The position numbers were made by a program, and so were the translations under genes. A DNA stretch of 29,117 nucleotides, taken from positions 1 through 29,117 of the forward strand of contig JBGPCS010000001.1 of assembly GCA_041481875.1 (NCBI GenBank). The letters run 5' to 3'. Source of the stretch: Sulfurifustaceae bacterium (lineage in GTDB: Bacteria; Pseudomonadota; Gammaproteobacteria; Acidiferrobacterales; Sulfurifustaceae). Below are positions 8,801-18,295 of this stretch, one piece after another. Every line of letters starts with the position of its first letter. The stretch's first letter is position 1. The notes beneath the pieces are model-generated. The model made no database searches. It worked only from the letters and a program-made list of their open reading frames with translations, and was not told the DNA's origin.

Positions 8801-9652
8801 ATGGCGCTCGATCACACGTGGTACACCGAGCAATGGGCGGAGCAGGGTGCGGCGATCTCGCTCAAGGTTCGAGAGAAGGTGCACGAGGAGCAGTCGCCGT
8901 ATCAGCGCATCGAGATATACGAGACGGAAGCTTTCGGCACGCTGATGACGCTCGATGGGCTCGTCATGGTCACCGACCGCGACAATTTCATTTACCACGA
9001 AATGATGTCGCATCCGGCGCTATTCGCGCACCCGAACCCGCGCCGTGTGCTGATTATCGGCGGCGGCGACTGCGGTACGCTGCGGGAGGTGCTCAAACAC
9101 CCGACCGTGGAGCGCGCCGAGCAGGTCGAGCTGGATGAGCGAGTCACGCGCGTTTCCGAGAAATTCTTTCCCGAGCTATGTGCTTCCAATGGCGACGCGC
9201 GCGCGCGTTTACACTTCGCGGACGGAATCGAGTGGGTAGCGCGTGCGGCAACCGGCTCTTACGACGTGATCATCATCGATTCCACCGATCCGGTCGGACC
9301 GGCGGCAGGGCTGTTCTCCGAGTCGTTCTATCGCAATTGTTTGCACGCGCTCGGGAAGAACGGCGTGGTTGCCGGGCAAAGCGAGTCACCGCTTTTCCAC
9401 GCGGAATTGATCCGCTCGGTACAGCGAGCGCTCCGTTCCGCCGGCTTTCGAGACGTCATAACGCTCAATTTCCCGCAATGCACCTATCCGTCGGGCTGGT
9501 GGAGCGCCACGCTCGCGTGCAAGGACGGCACGCTGTCTTCGGTCCGCGAGAGCGACGTCGCGACGCAGAAGATTCCCACCCGCTATTACAGCCGTGCGAT
9601 CGGCGCCGCCGCGCGCGTGGCGCCGCAGTTTCTCGAAGACCTCTTGCGCTAG
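8801..9652 (+). CDS. speE: Polyamine aminopropyltransferase (spermidine synthase family)
   Basis: QSPYQRIEI, YHEMMSHPAL, IIGGGDCGTLREV and IIDSTDPVGPA motifs. ATG 8801 preferred over TTG 8744 because it gives a typical family length (283 aa). Confidence 0.95.
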   Translation: MALDHTWYTEQWAEQGAAISLKVREKVHEEQSPYQRIEIYETEAFGTLMTLDGLVMVTDRDNFIYHEMMSHPALFAHPNPRRVLIIGGGDCGTLREVLKHPTVERAEQVELDERVTRVSEKFFPELCASNGDARARLHFADGIEWVARAATGSYDVIIIDSTDPVGPAAGLFSESFYRNCLHALGKNGVVAGQSESPLFHAELIRSVQRALRSAGFRDVITLNFPQCTYPSGWWSATLACKDGTLSSVRESDVATQKIPTRYYSRAIGAAARVAPQFLEDLLR

Positions 9653-9792
9653 GGAAGCTCTGAATAAGTCCCCAAAACTATTTCTCACCGCAAAGGCGCA
9701 GAGGGCGCAAAGGGTTTTCTCGATAAAAATCTCATGTTTTTCTTCGCGTCCTTTGCGCCTTTGCGGTGAATGTTCACTTAATCAGAGCTTCC
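9653..9792. mobile_element. 140-bp non-autonomous IS5-type element (MITE) with CTAG target-site duplication
   Basis: 17-bp terminal inverted repeats GGAAGCTCTGAATAAGT (9653-9669) and ACTTAATCAGAGCTTCC (9776-9792) match at 16/17. Flanked by CTAG at 9649-9652 and 9793-9796. Ends resemble E. coli IS5 (GGAAGGTGCGAAYAAG, CTAG target). No transposase. Confidence 0.8.
9685..9769. repeat. 28-bp inverted repeat (REP-like long hairpin) nested in the MITE
   Basis: TCACCGCAAAGGCGCAGAGGGCGCAAAG (9685-9712) pairs with 9742-9769. As + strand RNA this gives 25 Watson-Crick pairs, 2 G-U pairs, 1 mismatch and a 29-nt loop. Confidence 0.9.
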
Positions 9793-9820
9793 CTAGCGCG
9801 TCGGATCAGCGAGCTCGCAC

Positions 9821-9848
9821 AAAAAAACGGGCGCCCGTAGGGCGCCCG
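9821..9848 (-). terminator. Intrinsic terminator after amtB
   Basis: Minus strand CGGGCGCCC-TAC-GGGCGCCCG followed by a 7-T tract, about 25 nt after the amtB stop. Confidence 0.85.
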
Positions 9849-9871
9849 AACAGCTTGCTTCTACTTGCCCA

Positions 9872-11311
9872 TCAATAGTTGTAGGCCTTCTCACCGTGTT
9901 CGGAGACATCGAGGCCTTCGCGCTCCGCTTCCTCGCTCGTGCGCAGACCAATGGTCCAGTCGAGCACCTTGAACAGTACAAATGCGACGACACCCGACCA
10001 GATGAGCGAGACACTGACTGCCCAGAGCTGACTGATCAGTTGCGCCTTCATGTCGAACGCCGCTACCACGTTCTTCTCGTAGTCGAAAATGCCGGTGCCG
10101 CCGAGCGCCGGACTGACGAACACGCCCGTCAACATCGCACCGATAATGCCGCCGATGCAGTGAATGCCGAAAGCGTCGAGTGCGTCGTCATACCCGAACT
10201 TGCTCTTGAGCCAACTGACCGCCCAGAAGCAGATCACGCCCGCGGCGATGCCGATGACGAGCGCGCCAAGAACACCGACGTAGCCGGATGCCGGCGTGAT
10301 GGCGACCAAACCCGCCACCGCGCCCGAAGCCGCACCCAACATCGACGGCTTACCTTTGAGCAGCCACTCGACGAACATCCACGCGAGCGCCGCTACCATG
10401 GTCGCGAACATCGTATTGACCAGCGCGACCACCGCGCCGCCCGCGGCCTCGAGGTTGGAGCCGGCGTTGAACCCGAACCAACCGGTCCACAGCAAGCACG
10501 CGCCAATCATCGTGAGCGGCAGGTTGTGCGGCGGCATAGCGGTCTTGCCGTATCCCAACCGCTTACCGAGCACGACCGCCCCCATCAGCCCCGCAATGCC
10601 GGAGTTGATGTGCACGACGGTGCCGCCCGCGAAGTCGATCGCGCCTTTGCCAAACAGGAAACCCGCAGGATCCCCATAGGCCGAGGGACCGCCCCAGAAC
10701 CACACCATATGCGCGATCGGCGCGTACGAGAACGTGAACCACAGCGCCGAGAATATGAGCACCGCCGAGAACTTGATGCGCTCGGCATACGCCCCCGCGA
10801 TAAGGCAAGTCGTAATCGCCGCGAACGTCATCTGGAACATCACGAACACCAACTCCGGTATCGCGACACCCTTGGTAAACGTCTCGGCCATCGTGTCCGG
10901 CGTCAGCCCTTTCAGAAATACCTTGTCGAATCCGCCGACGAAACTGTTGAGCGACCCTCCCGCCGAGAACGCGAGGCTGTAGCCGTACAACACCCAGATC
11001 ACGCCTATCAAGCAGAACACGGCGAACACGTGCATCAGCGTGGACAAGATGTTTTTCGTGCGCACCAGACCGCCATAGAAGAGCGCGAGGCCCGGCACGG
11101 TCATCAGCAGCACGAGGATGGTCGATGTCATCATCCAAGTGGTGTCGCCCTTGTCGACCTTCATTGCCGGCGCCGCGGGCGCGGCGGCGGCGGGCGCGGC
11201 GGCGGCAGGAGCAGCCGGTTGATCCGCGGCCGAACCGACGCTCGGCAGCCACGTGAGTACGCCGCCGAACAAGATCGCCGCGATTAGCAGCTTTGAAATT
11301 AGTGTTCTCAT
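9872..11311 (-). CDS. amtB: Ammonium transporter, Amt family
   Basis: DFAGGTVVHINSG and DAFGIH (twin His), WFGFNAGS and PPHNLP motifs. Signal peptide and Ala/Pro-rich linker. GGGGGA RBS before ATG 11311. Confidence 0.98.
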   Translation of the reverse strand: MRTLISKLLIAAILFGGVLTWLPSVGSAADQPAAPAAAAPAAAAPAAPAMKVDKGDTTWMMTSTILVLLMTVPGLALFYGGLVRTKNILSTLMHVFAVFCLIGVIWVLYGYSLAFSAGGSLNSFVGGFDKVFLKGLTPDTMAETFTKGVAIPELVFVMFQMTFAAITTCLIAGAYAERIKFSAVLIFSALWFTFSYAPIAHMVWFWGGPSAYGDPAGFLFGKGAIDFAGGTVVHINSGIAGLMGAVVLGKRLGYGKTAMPPHNLPLTMIGACLLWTGWFGFNAGSNLEAAGGAVVALVNTMFATMVAALAWMFVEWLLKGKPSMLGAASGAVAGLVAITPASGYVGVLGALVIGIAAGVICFWAVSWLKSKFGYDDALDAFGIHCIGGIIGAMLTGVFVSPALGGTGIFDYEKNVVAAFDMKAQLISQLWAVSVSLIWSGVVAFVLFKVLDWTIGLRTSEEAEREGLDVSEHGEKAYNY

Positions 11312-11324
11312 TAGTTGATTCCCC

Positions 11325-11717
<393 letters not shown>

Positions 11718-12842
11718 CTAAAACTTGTAAACCGCCTCGACGCCGAGTGAGCTTTGGTCCTTTTTGAGATTTCCGTCCTCTGAGAAAACAACCTTGTCGG
11801 ACTTGTCCGAACGTATCTCAAAACGCAGCTCGGCGTTCTTCGCGATTCCATACCCAACGGTAAGGGTCGTTTCCTTCAGCTTCTGCGTTGTACCGGTCCG
11901 GAACCCTTGCTTGTCGTCGAACGACTCCAGGCGCGCGGACAACCGCCAGTCGTCGTTGATCTTGTAGTTGACATAGCCGGCCGTCCCCTTCCACTTCGCT
12001 TTGCCGGCGGCAACGGCCTTGTCCTGCGAGCCGTCGTCATAGTTGAGCACGAAGCTCACGGCATCCGTTAAGTTGTAGGTCACGACGAGATCCAGAAGGC
12101 TGCGCGTACCGATCTGCGCTCCGACTTCGTTGCCCGAATAAAGCGTCGCCGATACGCTAAGCGGCTTGATCGGCGTCGCCGCCACACCCAACTCGATAGT
12201 CTTCCCGACCGCGCACGAGGTGCCGATGCAGTTGCCAGGCGCTGGCGTGGTTGCGTTCTCATTGAGAATGTTCCAGCCATTATTCAAACCGGCCATGAAC
12301 TTCAGTTCATCGCTAACGGTGAAGTTTGCGCGCACGCCGGTGTGGGTCACCGGTTCGGCAAACGTAAACAGAAACGAGCGCGAGAAGTTGGTGTTGTTAA
12401 CTGCCTGCGCTACTTCTGCACCAGCAAGCGTCGTGAACTTCCCGGCCATTACGCTGAGCGCACCTGAGCTGTATTGCATGAAGACCTGAAGCGGGTCGAC
12501 ATTGGTCCCAGCCGTTTGACCAACGGGAGAGTTGGCGCTTACATCCTTACCGAACTGCAATTCTAACAACCCGCCGAAGCCCTTCGCCGGCAATGACGAA
12601 ATCGAAACGTCGAGCGCGTGAAGATTAAAACTGCGTTGCTCGGTATCGTAGTTATGGAAGGTTGCAGTATTCGGATCCGTCGACTTGCTCTGATACGACA
12701 CATCGATGTAACCACTGACGTCGATACCCGACGCCTTAAGCACGTCTGCCAAGGCCGGAACTTTGTCTGCCGCGCCGGCTGCGGAGCAAACGCAAGCCAT
12801 CACGGCCCCCGCCAGCAGCTTCTTGCTTTTGAAATGATTCAT
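11718..12842 (-). CDS. Outer-membrane beta-barrel protein (putative porin, beta-barrel porin-2/OmpL-like)
   Basis: Sec signal peptide, alternating beta-strand pattern (VSGYIDVSY, GKFTTLAGAEV, FAEPVTHTGVR, RLSARLESFDD) and C-terminal Phe (VYKF). GGAG RBS before ATG 12842. Confidence 0.88.
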   Translation of the reverse strand: MNHFKSKKLLAGAVMACVCSAAGAADKVPALADVLKASGIDVSGYIDVSYQSKSTDPNTATFHNYDTEQRSFNLHALDVSISSLPAKGFGGLLELQFGKDVSANSPVGQTAGTNVDPLQVFMQYSSGALSVMAGKFTTLAGAEVAQAVNNTNFSRSFLFTFAEPVTHTGVRANFTVSDELKFMAGLNNGWNILNENATTPAPGNCIGTSCAVGKTIELGVAATPIKPLSVSATLYSGNEVGAQIGTRSLLDLVVTYNLTDAVSFVLNYDDGSQDKAVAAGKAKWKGTAGYVNYKINDDWRLSARLESFDDKQGFRTGTTQKLKETTLTVGYGIAKNAELRFEIRSDKSDKVVFSEDGNLKKDQSSLGVEAVYKF

Positions 12843-12956
12843 GTCAGTCTCCAAATCGGTTGTTGATGCGAGCGGCCGTGAGGCCGATTTGTTCTAGGAA
12901 CTTCGCGCGACAACCTTGTCGCAAACACGCTGGTCCATCAGTGCGCACCCCCAAGG

Positions 12957-12972
12957 AGCAGTTTCTATGCCA
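12957..12972 (-). promoter_or_regulatory. Sigma54 (-24/-12) promoter of porin-glnK-amtB
   Basis: Minus strand TGGCATAGAAACTGCT has exact GG-N10-GC spacing and is close to the TGGCAC-N5-TTGCW consensus. Confidence 0.8.
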
Positions 12973-13035
12973 CAGAGTATTTGCACGTGAAAACAGAATA
13001 TTAGTAGCGGATGAAATGGGAACGACGAGGCGTCT

Positions 13036-13084
13036 TGCACCAAGATGGAATGGAGGGGACGGCTCCGCGCACCAATTCCATACG
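13036..13084. promoter_or_regulatory. Tandem NtrC-type enhancer half-sites
   Basis: TGCACCAAGATGG (13036) and CGCACCAATT (13068) are 32 bp apart, 65-110 bp upstream of the sigma54 promoter, with an AT-rich stretch between. Only one half of each site matches TGCACCA-N3-TGGTGCA well. Confidence 0.55.
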
Positions 13085-13124
13085 GGCAAGCGTGGACGCT
13101 CTTTAGCCAACTCCGGCGGGGAAA

Positions 13125-16100
13125 TTATCCAGAGTCAGCCAATACCAGCACCACCAGATTCTGCGCAACCGAAACCGGAGTGCCCTCGCGACAAAGCACT
13201 TGGTAAACATAACCGTCGCACGGCGCGACTACGTCGATTTCCATTTTCATCGATTCGATGACAGCGAGTCTGGCGCCCGCCTTAACCGTCTCTCCTTCCC
13301 GGACAGCGAGCCTCCACAAGCTTCCCGCCACCTGCGCGAGCACCGGGCGGGCGCCGGGTGGCAATGCGGCTTCGCTTTGCGATGGCAATGTCGCCGCGCA
13401 CGTCTCGCCCCTATTCGCAGCGCTATCCGAAGATGCCCAACGCTCGCGTTCGGCCTCGAACGCGAGCTGCTGCCGATTCTTGAACTCGGCGATGTCTTTG
13501 GCGCTCGCTTGCAGGAACCGGTTGTAGTCGCCCAAATGAAATGCCTGTTCCTCAACCCGTAACCGATAGCGACCGAGCGGAAAGTCGACTCGGATCTGAA
13601 GCAACTCGTCCTCGGTGACCGGAAAGAATCGAATCTGGTCGAAGCAGCGAAGCAGCCACGGTTTGCCGGGGTGAAACTCGGCGGTGGTGCGATACCGATT
13701 CCACATCTGCAGCGTGCGCCCGACGAACTGATAGCCGCCCGGACCCTCCATGCCGTACACGCAGAGGTACGCGCCGCCGATACCGACGGCATTCTCGGGT
13801 GTCCAAGTGCGCGCGGGGTTGTACTTGGTGGTGACCAAACGATGTCGCGGATCGATCGGCGTCGCGACCGGAGCGCCCAGATAGACGTCGCCAAGCCCGA
13901 GCACCAGGTAGCTCGCGCCAAAGACGATCTCCTGTACCTGCTCGGTCGAATCAAGTCCGTTGATGCGGCGGATGAACTCGATGTTACTGGGGCACCATGG
14001 CGCGTCACCGCGTACCGACTGAGTGTACTTCTCGATCGCGAGCCGTGTTTGCGAATCGTTCCAGGCGAGCGGCAGATGGAGAACGCGTGAAGCCACCTCC
14101 ATGTCCACGACGGCGGGTAGTCGCCCTTCTAATTCAACCAGCGTCCGTTGCAGCCGCGATGCCGGTAGCGCACGGCTGTCATAGTGAACTTGCAGCGAGC
14201 GGACGCCGGGTGTCAGCTCCACGATGCCGGGCATGCGCAGTGTGTCGAGCGCCTGCATCAGCGCGTGAACGCGTAGACGCAGATTGAGATCGAGCACAAG
14301 CGGGCCGTACTCGATCAGCAAGTACTCGTCCCCCGAGCGGCGGTAGGTTACTTCGACCCCCGACAGCGGCACCAAGCGCTCAATGACGGCGGGCGGCAAC
14401 GGTGCGTGCGGGAATCGCATCGGTGACGGGGTTTCTTCGAGCGTTTCGACTTGCCGTTCCAGCGTCCGCGCGAGGAGCGCCGCTTCGTCTGTCGTGATCG
14501 ATCGAAACCGCACGGTGTCGCCGGGCTTCAGTTGGCCGAGCTTCCACAACTCCGCCTTAACGACGACCGCCGGACACACGAACCCCCCGAGACTCGGACC
14601 GTCCGGACCGAGAATCACCGGCATGTCGCCGGTGAAGTCGATCGCCCCGATCGCGTAAGCATTGTCGTGGATGTTCGATGGATGCAGGCCGGCTTCGCCG
14701 CCATCGGAGCGCGCCCACTGAGGCTTCGGGCCGATCAAGCGGATACCGGTGCGGCTGGAGTTGTAGTGCACCTCCCAATTCGTCGCGAAGAACGTCTCGA
14801 TATCGCGATCGGTGAAGAAATCGGGCGCGCCGTGAGGTCCGTACAGAACGCCGATCTCCCAGTGCGGGCGGTAAGTCGGGATCAGCGCTGGATGCAGCGC
14901 CGCCTGCCTGACCGACGACGTTGGACGCAGATGCAGTACATCGCCGACGCGCAGCGGGCGGCCGGCATGGCCGCCGAACTGGCCGAGCGTAAACGTGGAG
15001 CCGCTGCCGAGATAGCGCGGCACGTCGAATCCACCGGCGACGGCGAGATAAGTGCGCATCCCTGACCCGCGAAGGCCGCGAAAACGCAGAGTCGCTCCCG
15101 CCGTCACGAGATGCGTGCGCCAATTTTCGACGGGCTCGCCATCGAGCTCGGCCTGCATGTCAGCGCCGGCAAATACGATGCTGGCGTCTACGTTGAACTT
15201 GAGCATCGGACCGCAAACCGTCATTTCCAAACCAGGCGAGTCGGGAGAATTGTCGAGCAGCCGGTTGGCGAGCCGGAAGGCGAACGCATCCATCGGCCCG
15301 GACGGTGGTACGCCGATCTGCCAATAGCCGAGCCGCCCAGGCCAATCCTGCACGGTCGTTTGCACGCCCGCCTCGAGCACGTCGATGGTGGTCGGCCGAT
15401 AACGAAAGGTGCTGAGGTAGCCGGTGGTTTGCCGACCCTCGCGGAAAACACCGTCGGCAAGAACCTGCCGCAGGTAATCGACGTTGGTTTCGATTCCGCA
15501 AATGCGTGTGCGCACCAACGCTTGCTCGATGCCGACGATGGCGTCGGCGCGGGTCGCAGCGTGCACGATCACCTTCGCAAGCAGCGGATCGTAGTACGGA
15601 GGTATCTCGGTGCCGCACTCGATCCACGTGTCGACGCGAACATCGTCGGGGAATGTCGCCTCCGTCACCGTGCCGGCGCTCGGCTGGAAATTCTTCGCGG
15701 GATTCTCCGCGTATAGCCGCGTTTGGATTGAGGCGCCGCGCGCCGCGACAGCGACGCCGGCGAGCGACAACTCACCGGCCGCTTGCCGCACCATCCACTC
15801 GACCAGGTCGACGCCGGTGACCGCTTCCGTTACACCGTGCTCGACCTGCAGGCGCGTGTTCACTTCGAGAAAATAGAACTCCGCGCCGGCGACGTCGTAT
15901 ACGAACTCCACCGTACCCGCCGACTGATAGCCGACCGCGTTTGCCAATCTCACCGCGGTGGCGTGCAGACGCTCGCGTTGATCGTCGCTCAGGCCCGGCG
16001 CCGGAGTCTCTTCGATCACCTTCTGATTGCGCCGTTGCATGGAACAGTCGCGCTCGCCGAGCGCGATCACGTGGCCCTTGCCGTCGCCAAAAATCTGCAC

Positions 16101-16727
16101 CTCAACGTGGCGCGCCTGCTCGACGTACTTCTCGAGATAAATCCCCGCGTCTTTGAAATTTGCCGACGCCGAACGCCGCACCGATGCGAATGCTTCTTGC
16201 AACTCGTCGACGTTTTGACATAGTCGCATGCCGATGTCCCCACCGCCTGCGGTGCTCTTGAGCATGATTGGATAGCCGATGCGATTCGCTTCCGCTTGCG
16301 CGTGGCTATCGTCGATGAGCAATCCCGAACCCGGCAGCAGCGGAACCTCGTTGGCGCGCGCCAGCTCGCGTGCCGTATGTTTCAAACCGAAGGCGCGCAT
16401 TTGCGAAGGAAGCGGACCGATGAACACGATTCCCGCGCTTGCGCACGCCGCGGCAAAGTCCGCGTTCTCGCTCAGGAACCCGTAGCCCGGATGAATCGCC
16501 TGCGCGCCGGTTTGCTTAGCGGCGGCGAGAATTTTTTCCGCCGACAGATAGCTTTGGGCGGCCGACGAAGGACCGAGGCACAGCGCCTCGTCGGCGAGAC
16601 TCACGTGACGCGCCGCAACGTCCGCCTCGGAATACACCGCGACGCTCGCGACGCCCATTTTCTTCAGCGTGCGGATGATGCGACAGGCGATCGCACCGCG
16701 GTTGGCAATCAGGACTTTGGTGAACAT
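13125..16727 (-). CDS. uca: Urea/guanidine carboxylase (biotin carboxylase + carboxyltransferase + BCCP), 1200 aa
   Basis: BC motifs [37 protein letters not shown] and [12 protein letters not shown] motifs [26 protein letters not shown] and [10 protein letters not shown]. Biotin site ESMKMEI. Confidence 0.97.
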   Translation of the reverse strand: MFTKVLIANRGAIACRIIRTLKKMGVASVAVYSEADVAARHVSLADEALCLGPSSAAQSYLSAEKILAAAKQTGAQAIHPGYGFLSENADFAAACASAGIVFIGPLPSQMRAFGLKHTARELARANEVPLLPGSGLLIDDSHAQAEANRIGYPIMLKSTAGGGDIGMRLCQNVDELQEAFASVRRSASANFKDAGIYLEKYVEQARHVEVQIFGDGKGHVIALGERDCSMQRRNQKVIEETPAPGLSDDQRERLHATAVRLANAVGYQSAGTVEFVYDVAGAEFYFLEVNTRLQVEHGVTEAVTGVDLVEWMVRQAAGELSLAGVAVAARGASIQTRLYAENPAKNFQPSAGTVTEATFPDDVRVDTWIECGTEIPPYYDPLLAKVIVHAATRADAIVGIEQALVRTRICGIETNVDYLRQVLADGVFREGRQTTGYLSTFRYRPTTIDVLEAGVQTTVQDWPGRLGYWQIGVPPSGPMDAFAFRLANRLLDNSPDSPGLEMTVCGPMLKFNVDASIVFAGADMQAELDGEPVENWRTHLVTAGATLRFRGLRGSGMRTYLAVAGGFDVPRYLGSGSTFTLGQFGGHAGRPLRVGDVLHLRPTSSVRQAALHPALIPTYRPHWEIGVLYGPHGAPDFFTDRDIETFFATNWEVHYNSSRTGIRLIGPKPQWARSDGGEAGLHPSNIHDNAYAIGAIDFTGDMPVILGPDGPSLGGFVCPAVVVKAELWKLGQLKPGDTVRFRSITTDEAALLARTLERQVETLEETPSPMRFPHAPLPPAVIERLVPLSGVEVTYRRSGDEYLLIEYGPLVLDLNLRLRVHALMQALDTLRMPGIVELTPGVRSLQVHYDSRALPASRLQRTLVELEGRLPAVVDMEVASRVLHLPLAWNDSQTRLAIEKYTQSVRGDAPWCPSNIEFIRRINGLDSTEQVQEIVFGASYLVLGLGDVYLGAPVATPIDPRHRLVTTKYNPARTWTPENAVGIGGAYLCVYGMEGPGGYQFVGRTLQMWNRYRTTAEFHPGKPWLLRCFDQIRFFPVTEDELLQIRVDFPLGRYRLRVEEQAFHLGDYNRFLQASAKDIAEFKNRQQLAFEAERERWASSDSAANRGETCAATLPSQSEAALPPGARPVLAQVAGSLWRLAVREGETVKAGARLAVIESMKMEIDVVAPCDGYVYQVLCREGTPVSVAQNLVVLVLADSG

Positions 16728-16743
16728 CGCTCCGCCGCCACGT

Positions 16744-16791
16744 GCCGGGTCGTCCCGGCGTTGTCAGGAGCGGCGCGCGGGTCGTCCCGCG
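16744..16791 (-). ncRNA. Guanidine-II (mini-ykkC) riboswitch
   Basis: Minus strand has two GC-rich hairpins with ACGA tetraloops, CGCGGG-ACGA-CCCGCG and GCCGGG-ACGA-CCCGGC, joined by a 16-nt linker. It ends 16 nt before the carboxylase ATG, next to a GGAG RBS. Confidence 0.9.
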
Positions 16792-16807
16792 GCCGAGCGT
16801 GGCTACG

Positions 16808-17464
16808 TCAACCCCAAACCAGCAGCCGTATCGGCGTCGGGTTGTAGGCGTTGCATGGATTGTTGAGCTGCGGGCAATTGGAGATGAGCACGAGTACGTC
16901 CATCTCGGCGCGCATCTCGACATACTTGCCCGGTGCCGAGACGCCGTCCTCGAACGTGAGCCCGCCCGCGGCGGTCACCGGCACGTTCATGAAGAAGTTG
17001 ATGTTGGCGGGAATGTCGCGCTTGGTGAGCCCATACGGCCGACCCCAGCGCGCGAGCGCGCTGAGAAAATTATCGCGGCAACTGTGCAGGTACTTCTTGT
17101 CGAGCGCATAGCGCACGGTGTTGCTTTCGGCGGAGCACGCGCCGCCGAGCGTATCGTGCCGGCCGCAGGTATCGGCGACGATGCGCAGCATGGTGTTGCC
17201 GGCGCCGGAAAGAAGCGACGATCCGGTGGTGAGGTAAATATTTCCTTGCCCGCGGATCGTGTCCAGCGCGCTGTAACGCTCGGCCGAGTCGCGCGCATTG
17301 TAGAACAGCGTATCGACCGCCTGGTTGCCCTCGAGATCGACGATGCGAAACGTCTGGCCCTGCTTCACCTCGTGCATCCACGGCTCGCCGGCGGGCAAAG
17401 TGAAATCGTACGCGGCATTGCCCGGCATCAGGCGGCTCTGCGCGATCTTTGTCGCGCTCGTCAT
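16808..17464 (-). CDS. cgdB: DUF1989 urea-carboxylase-associated protein, probable carboxyguanidine deiminase subunit B
   Basis: [47 protein letters not shown] and [11 protein letters not shown] motifs. ATG overlaps the upstream stop (ATGA). A/B naming is inferred from operon order. Confidence 0.9.
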   Translation of the reverse strand: MTSATKIAQSRLMPGNAAYDFTLPAGEPWMHEVKQGQTFRIVDLEGNQAVDTLFYNARDSAERYSALDTIRGQGNIYLTTGSSLLSGAGNTMLRIVADTCGRHDTLGGACSAESNTVRYALDKKYLHSCRDNFLSALARWGRPYGLTKRDIPANINFFMNVPVTAAGGLTFEDGVSAPGKYVEMRAEMDVLVLISNCPQLNNPCNAYNPTPIRLLVWG

Positions 17465-18189
17465 CCGCCGAACAACGCCTCGGTATTGCGAAAGCCGCGG
17501 ACGTTCTCGGGCCGAAAATTGCGGCAATAGTCGTCGGCGCCGGGCGGTTCCGCGCGCCATGCGCACAGCCGCACGCTACCCGGCGCGTACTGCGGTTTGG
17601 GGTCGAGCGGATGCGGTGCGGTCGAAAGCGCGACGAGCGTATTCATCTCGAAACGCAGATCGACGTAGTCGCCGCGTTTCGAGTTATCCGGCACGAATTT
17701 CATGCGCCCGCTTTCATCTATCGCCACTTTGCCGAAAAAATTGACGTTCGCGACCAGATCGCGCTCACCCAACCCCCATTTGCCGAGCTCGATCAATAGG
17801 CCGTCGCGGGCACTACGAGCCATGTCGTTGCGGTGCTCCTGAAAAGTTTTCGCGCCGTACCTGGCGCTAGTCTCGGCGTTCGTCGAGATGCCGCCGATCG
17901 GATCGTGCCAACCGACGGTGTCGGCGACCACTGAGCACAGTACGCGGCCCATGTCGGAGTAACAGACGAAGCCGCGCGTCAGATGCGCCGTGTGCTGCGC
18001 TTTGAGGGTATCGGCCATGTTGTAGCGTTCGAGCTTCTCGTCGTCGTTGTAGAAGAGCGCGGCAACATTCGCGCCGCCGTCGGCGTCGATCAGACGTAGC
18101 GCTTGACCGCGCTTCAGCACGCCGGACCAATGACAACCACCGGGAATTAGCTCTTCCCAAAGCGGCCGATCGACACCCGCGTTGGACAT
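17461..18189 (-). CDS. cgdA: DUF1989 urea-carboxylase-associated protein, probable carboxyguanidine deiminase subunit A
   Basis: [41 protein letters not shown] and STAPHPLDP motifs. AAGGAG RBS before ATG 18189. A/B naming is inferred from operon order. Confidence 0.9.
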   Translation of the reverse strand: MSNAGVDRPLWEELIPGGCHWSGVLKRGQALRLIDADGGANVAALFYNDDEKLERYNMADTLKAQHTAHLTRGFVCYSDMGRVLCSVVADTVGWHDPIGGISTNAETSARYGAKTFQEHRNDMARSARDGLLIELGKWGLGERDLVANVNFFGKVAIDESGRMKFVPDNSKRGDYVDLRFEMNTLVALSTAPHPLDPKPQYAPGSVRLCAWRAEPPGADDYCRNFRPENVRGFRNTEALFGG

Positions 18190-18226
18190 CAATAGCGACT
18201 CCTTCTCGTTTCTCGGCGCACGCTTT

Positions 18227-18242
18227 AGCAACTCGCGTACCA
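18227..18242 (-). promoter_or_regulatory. Sigma54 promoter of cgdA-cgdB-uca
   Basis: Minus strand TGGTACGCGAGTTGCT (GG-N10-GC). Predicted start is about 27 nt before the cgdA ATG. Confidence 0.78.
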
Positions 18243-18295
18243 GCTACGTCTTACCCGCACGGGTGTGAGGATAAGAGGATTGATCCGCGCGAGCA

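Noticed and set aside
9594-9878. 94-aa ORF crossing the speE-amtB gap
   Set aside because: It reads through the MITE and hairpin, has no RBS and overlaps both flanking genes.
11163-11225. Short GCGGCG-rich tandem repeats in amtB
   Set aside because: They encode an ordinary Ala/Pro linker after the signal peptide.
9896-11287. 463-aa + strand ORF (also 5233..5937, 7337..8245, 18746..19624, 21896..23005, 27653..28315 and similar)
   Set aside because: These are antisense or alternate-frame shadows of clearly identified genes. Stop-poor shadow frames are expected at high GC, and no motifs are recognisable.
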